Shown here one piece after another: positions 54,738 through 64,000 of a stretch of DNA of 64,000 nucleotides. The position numbers and the translations under genes were made by a program. The notes below the pieces were generated by a model. The model did no database searches and was not told the DNA's origin. It saw only the letters and a program-made list of their open reading frames with translations. Position 1 is the stretch's first letter. Each line of letters begins with the position of its first letter. The stretch is taken from the NCBI RefSeq assembly GCF_006345805.1, contig NC_043015.1:20708001-20772000 (forward strand), in the 5' to 3' direction. This DNA is from Octopus sinensis. Taxonomy: Eukaryota.

Positions 54738-54789
54738 GCATGCATGCATGTGCGTATGTGAGTGTATATATCTACCTCCCTATACATAT

Positions 54790-54835
<46 letters not shown>

Positions 54836-54937
54836 GCCCCGATATTAAACTATTTTCTTTAGCCAATACAAGGTGATCAGTTAAACTTATGACGTTATTT
54901 ACCGAATTGTCACTTTCGCCGCTTCTGCATTTAACGC

Positions 54938-55024
<87 letters not shown>

Positions 55025-55183
55025 GGGAGAGTTTGTACAAAACAAACAGATGTATTAGTATAACACTCGGAAATAGAAAAAGTCTTTTATGTTTCGAGCC
55101 TACGCTCTTCTACAGAAAGGGACACAGAAAAAACAAGGAGAGAAAAAAAAGTGTGTGTAGTGGCTAACGATCTATCATATATA

Positions 55184-55218
<35 letters not shown>

Positions 55219-55479
55219 GTGTGTGCACATATATTATACATGTACGTACATCGCTCTTTCTCAATGTGTATGAGTGTATTGTATTGTTGAGTTCACACGC
55301 TCGTTGTGATGGACTCATATCATATAAAACAGCGATTTTCTCGAAACGAAGAGTAGCAGCGAAGCAACCACAGGACAGCAATAAATTGATTTACACTATA
55401 CTTTCTTAATTCTGTGCAGAATACTTTTCCTCTCGTTTGTGAATTAAAACTCACGTACACACTCTCTCTCACTCTCACT

Positions 55480-55527
<48 letters not shown>

Positions 55528-56394
55528 TTCGGCGCTGTCAATTCCTCAAGGAACTGGAGGATTGTCTATCGGATGTCACTTCAATTTAACAATGAGTGAC
55601 TCTCTCTGTGCTGCATCCATGTGGTGGATACTCTAAACATTTACTCGTTTATCCCCAAGCATTCGAATTTAATCCAAACCTAAAACTGACCCGAGGTAGA
55701 ACACTTTCTTTTCGATTATTCCTCTAATTTCGTTGATATTTTTTGCATGGTCTCATCTGGAGCAATAACATGATAGAAGGTGTTAGTTCGTATTCGTAAT
55801 ACGATCATAGCCAAATGATTAAATTTAGTTTTTTTTTTTTAAGCAGGCCAAATATCATAAAGTATCTAGAGAATGTAGGAATGTAATTGATATCATAGAA
55901 CAAAAGGGTTTAATATGCAGATAAACAAATTGGTTTTCATTAAAATTGGTGAATATTATTGGCAGATGTGTGCGAATCAATAAAAACAATTAGCTCTGTT
56001 GTTTACTATCATATGAAAGATAAGTTGTGAGGAAATGTGTACGAGATCTCAGCTTGTTAGGATTTTCTGAGTTTTGTTTATGTTCTTCATTTGTACAGGT
56101 CTAGTAATAGAGGGCTTTCAGTATTTCGAAATATTCTTTCAAACCACGTAGGGTTTATTATTTACGTTAGAGTTACTCTTTTACTCATTCAGCCATGCGG
56201 CTGTGGTCATGTTGAAGAATCGGCATATATTGTTCAGAAGAAATGTCAAGGAACATTAGAAGAACTAATTTGATTGTCTGTGGAAAATTCTGTCAGAACG
56301 TTATTAAATTAAAAGACGGTATTACAATAAATTACTTCTATGTTGGTTTCAAAAGATGTTAATATCTAAGCATAAAGGAAATATTGTTACTCGT

Positions 56395-56605
56395 TACTAA
56401 TTTTCGTACAAGGCCAGCAATATCAAGGAATGGGATAATTCGATTATATCGACCCCAGTATTCAACTGGTACATATTCTATCGATCCAGAAAGGATGGAA
56501 GGCAAAGTGTATATCGGCGGATTTTTTAAAACTCAGAACGAAAAGAAGGAGGAAATACCATTAAGCATTTGTGCCCGACTTGCTAAAGATGTTGTCAGCT
56601 AGTCG
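56395..56605 (-). mobile_element. Decayed SINE family A
   Basis: Reverse complement core gaaaggatggaaggcaaagt. Confidence 0.8.
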
Positions 56606-57789
56606 CTCTAAGAAATCTTGTTATTATTTTTGTTAAGTATGGCAAAACTGAGGAATATATGTGGGAACTGGTTAATTGACATGAGAAAAAGTAGGGTGGC
56701 AACGCATAATTCTATCATAATTGCAATTAAATGATTTACACAATAATTAATGTAATTTGTTGTTGAACAATATTCTAGTAGTATTCTATAATTATAGGCG
56801 GAACATAAAACTTAATTTTGAACAGGAAGTTAAGGCATTAAGAAAGTTATGGAGCTCTTAATCGTTAGAAATAAGATTATAATGTATCGAGCATAGTGCT
56901 AGATGCTATTATTCTAATTAGAAAGACGGTATCAGACAGGCATTAATATAGGAGTAGTCGAAAATCTCGTTTGACTTTCTTTTAACTATCGTCCGTGGCA
57001 AAGTAGTACAAACAAAAATGAAAAACAAACTCACAAACACACAAAAAAAATATGTAAAGGTATTGGCTGATTTATAATTCCGTCTCTGTAGGTCTGGCTC
57101 TTATATATCTTTCAAATACACTAAATTAGAAAAAGCAGACAGGCATTAATAGATTAAGCACTAGATTAAGCGTTGGAAATAATGCTAAGACACCTATTGA
57201 CTATTTTACAAAAGAAATAATATTGGAATACTGGTGGGAAGGCAATTAGGTCCAATAGCAACCGGTTATTGGCTTCTCAAAATTCCCCAAAATGTCGTAG
57301 ATTGTAGCATTTTTCACCGTCTACTGTTCTCTCAAATAGATTACGTTTTTCTGACTACCTTCATGCATCCCTGTATATATGCATATGTGTGTGTGTATGT
57401 GTGTGTGTGAGAGAGAGAGAGAGATAGAGAGAGGGGGAGAAAAGAGAGACAGAAAGGGAGTATGTGTGTGAGTTCAAACATGCTTGTCTTGGTAGGTATG
57501 AAAGCGAATGTTTCCACTTATGCCTGCATATAAATACGTATGTATACTTGTATGCATATGTGTATGTTTGTTTGGATGGCATTGTATGTACGAAACTGAG
57601 GCTTTCCACTATGAATCTACGTATGTCTGTTTTTATATTTGTGGATGTAAATGCATAAGTACACAACTTCGTATGTATGTGTTTCTATGTATATTTAAGT
57701 ATGTGTGTGTGCTTTCTGTTTTACCCCACTTAGGGGACGGAAAGATGTAACGAAAAATTCTGAGTTGGATTGGTTGCTTTTGTTATCTT

Positions 57790-58290
57790 TAATGCAAATT
57801 CTTACCTTTTCTTGGCAAGATCTTCTAAATATTTGTGCTCCAATATCGCCCACTTTATGGTAATAATCTGCAACAAAGTATGGAGATGAATTCTTTCTCC
57901 AGAATACAGTTTTAGCCATACTTTGATCGGAGCCATCCTATACTTAGTTGACCCTTTCAATAATAGCGGATATATTATTGAGAATGTGTTTTGGGATTCC
58001 AGATGCTGACATTCTACACCAGTGGATATTTGATGAACAATCTTTTGTATATTCTTACCATATTGGCACCAAGTTGGCAGCAGACTTTCGTTATGTATAT
58101 ATAGTTCAAAATATAAACACCAAATCCATCTTGGCTGGAATATTATATCTCTAGATACATCCACTTTTGGTTTTAATGATCAGTCTCAAAATATTCGCGT
58201 CTGTTATTAATTTCAATCTAGTTTATCTCGGATTTCTTTGTTTATCACGCAATACTTGTGGAGGTAGATTTACGAAGAAACTCTCTCTCA

Positions 58291-58328
<38 letters not shown>

Positions 58329-58690
58329 ATCTCCCTGTCTTTCTCTCTCGCACTCGTTAGCAATGTGTCTAATGTTATGCAATTTAGCTTCTTGTAACTT
58401 ACAAATCCCGTGGGTGGATCATGTAATGGATTTTCTGTAGATTTCTTGCTCTTGGACTCCAAGAAGGTAACCTTGAATATTATGCTCCCAAAACTTGATA
58501 GTAAACCATTCTATTCTGCTGAAGTCAAGATCGTAAAGACAAGAGTTCTATTTCCGGATCAAGTGGCGCCTGCATGCTTAAGGAATGTATTTCATTCCAT
58601 TTGAAACTGCTTAACTTTGGAAGAATTTATGTATCTCACATACTATGACACGTAAACCTTGCGAATGCAAGGTGAAAACAGCCCTTAATT
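57790..58690 (-). mobile_element. Highly decayed CR1/L2-like LINE RT remnant split by (CT)n
   Basis: Across frames: IYKRLFIKYPLV*NVSIWNP...NISAIIERV, resembling LYK...P.LEY...WNP....I..IERVQ. Upstream similarity is weaker. Confidence 0.4.
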
Positions 58691-59334
58691 GTTATACTTT
58701 ATAATATATTGAAGAATATTACTTGGTCACGAGCTGAGGTTTGCGTCCTAAAATCCCATGTAAAACACAAGCATAAATACAGACACATTAGACTGGATAT
58801 TGTTTTCTTGAACAGAGAAGAAGAGGAATGTACCACTATAGAGGCCAGATTTTCTGCTTTTGTGAATATCTCTAAAAATCAAAGAGTAAGTGAATAAATA
58901 CGGACAGCTGCCTCGAAACCTTCAGATTCTATATCCAGATTATAAATTCACATTAAGATCAATGTAATTGGTACATTTAGTCATGCGAGTAAATGCCAAA
59001 GTGACAATCCGAATAAGCTAGGCAAGTTACAAATAACAAGCTGTAAGTGGAAGAATAAAACATGCAAGACTTTTCTCAAGTTGGAATTATGACATTATTG
59101 TTGCTCTCTATATTGCAACGATTGGAGCTTTGTATCTTTGTTAGAAATAAGCTCCTTCCTCAGAGGAAGAACTGAAATAATTACAGAAGAGAACACGCCT
59201 GCAAATATGTATGCATGCATGTATGAGTGCATGTATGTATGTATTTATGCATGTATGTATGTACGTATGTATTTATGCTTGTATGTATGTATGTATGCAC
59301 ACGTACGTACGCTTATTATTGTTTTAGTTATCAG

Positions 59335-59560
59335 ACCGCGGTTTTTTTGTTTTAAAGTGTGGTACTTAATCTATCGGTCTCTTTTTCTCGAACCACGGTG
59401 GTGGAGGACAAAAGGCACGAATACATTCACAAACACACACACATACACACCTATATATTTCAGTTTCCGTCTTGCAAACCCACTCGTAAGGATTGGTCGG
59501 TCCAGGACTACGGAAGGTGAGAATCGTCGTAGGTGCTACGCAGTGGGACAGTACCGATAG
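59335..59560 (-). mobile_element. Decayed SINE family B
   Basis: Reverse complement body (tttcagtttccgtc...cccactc...). Confidence 0.7.
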
Positions 59561-59697
59561 CTGTGTCGTTGGGAAACTCTCTTTTTACCATACAATCACA
59601 GGGATACTATCAATTAATATCCTAGAGACAGCTGTAAGACCTTCTATCTATAAATGCTCTAATATCTATACAGCCTTGTTTTTTTTTATCTTATTAC

Positions 59698-59756
<59 letters not shown>

Positions 59757-59764
<8 letters not shown>

Positions 59765-60630
59765 GGCTTAGTAAAATAAATTACTTTGCCGCATACTGAA
59801 CTCATTAGAATAGCAGCTAAAAAAAACTTTTTTAAAAACTATTCTAATACTTAAAGAAAACCTCTCTCATATAGTGGTTTGCTCAATTCAACTCACGAAA
59901 GTATGGGGGTAAAGACATTAAAAAATCAAATGCAAAGGTTATTTGAGAACGTACGTTTCAAGATTAGTCAACTCGACACTTCTATCATCAGCTCAGAACT
60001 CCTTGGTTTGGATTTGAAAACACTGAAAGTGGGAGCATACCCTTTCGGCTTCTTATCGCTTCTGGAGATCTGCTCGAAACTAACAGTGCACCAGCAAACT
60101 CAAATATGCAAGCGAAGAATTTCTGCTCTCCCCTTTCCACCAGCGTGGGTTAAAATCAGTAAACACTATGCTTTTTTCGGTAAAATCCGAGGCATTAAAT
60201 AGAGAGAGATGAATTATAATTTCAACAATTGAGGGTAAAATTAATTAATTAATCAATTTCACCAAGTATTCAGTATGCAAAGGGACCATTTAAGGCGAAT
60301 TCAAATTATTACATTATATAAAAGGGCTTAGTAAAATAAATTACTTTGCCGCATACTGAACTCATTAGAAATAGCAGCTAAAAAAAACTTTTTTTAAAAC
60401 TATTTCTAATACTTAAAGAGAGGTTTTCTTTAAGTATTAGAAATAGTTTTAAAAAAGTTTTTTTTAGCTGCTATTTCTAATGAGTTCAGTATGCGGCAAA
60501 GTAATTTATTTTACTAAGCCCTTTTATATAATGTAATAATTTGAATTCGCCTTAAATGGTCCCTTTGCATACTGAATACTTGGTGAAATTGATTAATTAA
60601 TTAATTTTACCCTCAATTGTTGAAATTATA
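59757..60630 (-). mobile_element. Non-autonomous Penelope-like/retrozyme-like element: 560-bp unit in partial tandem plus ~205-bp fold-back, in (TA)n
   Basis: The block at 59761 recurs at 60321 (period 560). 60215-60419 and 60427-60630 are near-perfect inverted arms. Hammerhead at 59936-60003. Confidence 0.8.
59936..60003 (-). ncRNA. Type I hammerhead ribozyme motif
   Basis: ugag-CUGAUGA-u-AGA...UCU-u-GAAAC-GUAC-GUU-cuca. Stem I is extended by agg/ccu; stem II is imperfect. Confidence 0.68.
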
Positions 60631-61321
60631 TATATATATACATAGTTAGATGTATTTTCTCGTTGTATAACACCAGTGTTCTCAAGAACACAGCCAAAGG
60701 AGATCTCAAATCGCGTAATGTATGTTATTAGTTCCTGTTGAACATCCGTATGGTAAGTCTCCTGGTGTTTCTTTCGTTTCTTCATCGACATTCATCGTTT
60801 GATGAAAGACGAAGAAAGGGAGGAAGTAAAGGAGAAGAAAGAAACGAAGAATAAGGAAAAAAATTAGAAAAATAAAATAAGAAAAACGGATTCAAAAAAC
60901 AAAGTATCTGAATGGGGCAATTTTTCGGAAAAAAAAAATAAAGGATTAAAAATAGAGCAAAAATTCCTGATATTCACTGGAAAAAGATACAGACGACTGT
61001 ATGGAATATTGCCAGTCAAGTATTCGAAGTAACATTAAGGAAGGAAGAAGAAAAATACCTTACAAAAATAAGTAAATAAAATAATGCAACAAAAGTAAAC
61101 GAAAGCATAATAGAAAAATATACAAAAAGAAAGAAAAAGAAATTAATGAAGAATGGAAGGAAACAACGAAAGGAATTGAGGACGTTACATAAAGTAGTTT
61201 CACCTTCAGAATTCAGACTCTTTTATTAAATCTTGAAATGTCTGGAATCAGAAGATTATTTATACTTTTAACTATCATTTGGTATGTTTGTCTAGTCTCT
61301 ATACGTCTGTCTGGTCTGTTG

Positions 61322-61362
<41 letters not shown>

Positions 61363-61620
61363 AACATACACACACACACACACATACACACACATACACA
61401 CACACATACATATTAATATATATATATTATATATATATAATATATATATATATATATTATACGCAGCGGTATGTATCTTTTTCTCTGTCTGCTTTTTTCA
61501 GATTTGTCTGCGTTCATCTCTTTCAAACATTTCAAATGGTCGTTTGTTCAGGAAAAGGTCTAAGCCAGTCGATTTATCAATCCTTACCTGACACGTGACC
61601 ATTGGTCTTTCACTCTCTCA

Positions 61621-61679
<59 letters not shown>

Positions 61680-62417
61680 TACATACATACATACCCATAC
61701 ATACATACATTACATACATACATACATACATACATACATGTATACAGACACATATATATTATGTGTGCCTGTGTGTTCGTTTCGATATAGTTAATATTTT
61801 GACGAGCAAAAATAAATAAAGAACAAAGATTGATTACTGATAAAGCGCCCGAAGGTTTGTCTTGCATTTTGTTCAAGCTAATATGTATAATTATCGTCTG
61901 CAACAAAGTAATACTACAATTTTATCCAAGTTTGCACATTTTCACATGCATACATACATACGTGCATACATACATACGCACACACATACATTTATATATA
62001 TATATATCTTAAAGACAAACATTACCTTAATATATCTGCATTGAGGTTTATTTAAAAGTGTCTGTCTACATATCATTGTATTACTTTACATTGCTGTAAG
62101 CTATTCTTCCATGGAGCTATTTGTTACAATTTCCTAACACAGTACTTTCTTCATATATTTTAAGAAACGCTAATGTACCTTTACTCACACGAACGCATAT
62201 GTATACATAAATATATACACAGAAGTGTAGTTTGTGTGTATGTATATATATATATATATATATATTTATAACTCAGCATTTCACGTTCTCCTTCGTCGGA
62301 GAGTCGTGAGGGAAAACCGAATCCAATTTGTGATGGTAAATGTAATATAGTGTGATGTAGTTCAAATGATCAACCTTGTTTTGCATTTGTTTTCTTGCTC
62401 GACTGCGCGCGTGTGTG

Positions 62418-62457
<40 letters not shown>

Positions 62458-62469
62458 CTATCTATAATA

Positions 62470-62514
<45 letters not shown>

Positions 62515-62519
62515 CTCTT

Positions 62520-62578
<59 letters not shown>

Positions 62579-62933
62579 CCTTGTCTGTCTGCCTATAAAT
62601 GTTACACACACTATATATATTGTGCGTGCATATATATATATGCGTGTAATATGCATACGTTCATATATATGTAAGTTTCAAAAAAGTGAGCAGAGACACG
62701 TCAAAGGAACAAAAGGAAAATTGATGCTGGAGACATGGACATGCTCTTTCCTCAGCAATTAACGTTAAAAAATCATTATAACGTCACATTTTTAACGATA
62801 ATATTGTTCGTTTTTTTGTGACGTCAATGGCAAAAAACATGCTGGGAATGATGAACGAACGTGGAGGATAGTGCCGAAAACACAGGATATATATATATAT
62901 ATCTATATACATATATACATACATACATATATT

Positions 62934-62965
<32 letters not shown>

Positions 62966-63021
62966 TGTATGTATGTATGTATGTATCTATCTATGTATGT
63001 ATGTATGTATGTATGTATGTA

Positions 63022-63170
63022 TAGGAATCGCTGTGGTAAGTAGCTTGCTTATCAACCACATGGATCCGGGTTCATTCCCATTGCGTGGCACCTTGGGCAA
63101 GTGTCTTCTACTGTAGTCTCGGGCCGACCAAAGCCTTGTGAGTGGATATGGTAACGGAAACTGAAAAAGC
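63022..63170 (+). mobile_element. SINE family B, 5' half
   Basis: tgtggtaagtagcttgc...gggttcattccc...cttgggcaagtgtc. Confidence 0.88.
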
Positions 63171-63186
63171 CTATCATACAAATATA

Positions 63187-63371
63187 TATATATATACTTT
63201 TTACTCTCTTACTTGTTTCAGTCATTTGACTGCGGCTATGCTGGAGCACCGCCTTTAGTCGGCCCAAGACTATCGTAGAAGACACTTGCCCAGGGTGATA
63301 CGCAACGGGACTGAACCCGGAAACATGGGGTTGGTAAGCAAGCTACTTATCACACAGTTACTCCTGCGCCT
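63187..63371 (-). mobile_element. SINE family B with internal deletion
   Basis: Head joined directly to tail at gggccgac|taaagg (cgac microhomology). Confidence 0.88.
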
Positions 63372-63620
63372 GTTTATACACACCATAAACATTTATACAT
63401 ATACAAGCGAACAATTCGTTCTAAGTATTAACCGAAACATCTCCATGGAAATATCAATTTCCGAGTCCACGTGATGTACAAAATGCACCAAGTTGCAAAA
63501 TGATGCCATTGTTACTGTAGAGAGTTCCAGAAACGTAAAAGAGACTTATATGTAAACTACAAACTGAGAAACGAATATTCGATCCAGTTATATACATATC
63601 TTAGTATATACATACATACA

Positions 63621-63666
<46 letters not shown>

Positions 63667-63716
63667 ATATATATATATGTAAATTGATATGTAGATATAG
63701 ATATATAGATAGAGGG

Positions 63717-63855
63717 GGGCAGGTGTGGTTCTGTACCTGCAGGTTCAGTTATAAAGTGCGGTGCTTTGGGCAAGTTTCGTTTACTATATGTTACGGACCG
63801 ATCGATAATTGGTGAGTGATTTTAGTATACGGAAACTGTGTAGAAGTCAATCATA
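63717..63855 (+). mobile_element. Decayed SINE family B, 5' half
   Basis: ggttcagttataaagtgcggtgctttgggcaag...acggaaactg. Confidence 0.55.
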
Positions 63856-63927
63856 TAAATGGATGTAGAAACGTGTGTGCGTGTGTATAAACTTATTCAT
63901 ACATACATACATACATACATACATACA

Positions 63928-63974
<47 letters not shown>

Positions 63975-64000
63975 GTATGTATACATAAACATAGATATAT

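Noticed and set aside
56933-57151. 16-bp direct repeat cagacaggcattaata about 203 bp apart
   Set aside because: Enclosed sequence has no tail or element features, so it cannot be called a TSD.
57695-57919. Exon-like frame ending at AAG|GTAAG
   Set aside because: Better explained as part of a frameshifted CR1/L2-like remnant; upstream stops and no clear acceptor.
59879-60202. 107-aa + strand ORF inside the 560-bp unit
   Set aside because: Antisense to the hammerhead, non-ATG start, no recognisable domain.

Overview
AT-rich, microsatellite-saturated eukaryotic non-genic DNA. The SINE repertoire resembles Octopus/coleoid cephalopod repeats (inference from recalled family sequences, no database search). 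I can support no host protein-coding exon. Nearly all long ORFs in the supplied track are translations of (CA)n, (TA)n, (TAA)n, (GAT)n or (ATCT)n tracts. The window holds dozens of tRNA-derived SINE copies (4-5 families), a complete non-autonomous Helitron, a Tigger-like MITE, and decayed fragments of R4/Dong, CR1-like, Penelope and mariner elements. The most interesting signal is a set of unrelated short non-coding elements (2051-2675, 53413-53814, 59757-60630, plus a decayed one at 12038-12270). Each carries a minimal type I hammerhead ribozyme motif. The three better-preserved ones also have a 5' fold-back inversion, and two of those a partial tandem repeat, as in Penelope-like elements and retrozymes. 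One has a tRNA-type Pol III head, making it a candidate tRNA-SINE/hammerhead chimera. Also notable are a cryptic 25-bp-period array (24750-25200), two perfect hairpins (28213, 28761) and a 591-bp duplication that may be an assembly artefact.
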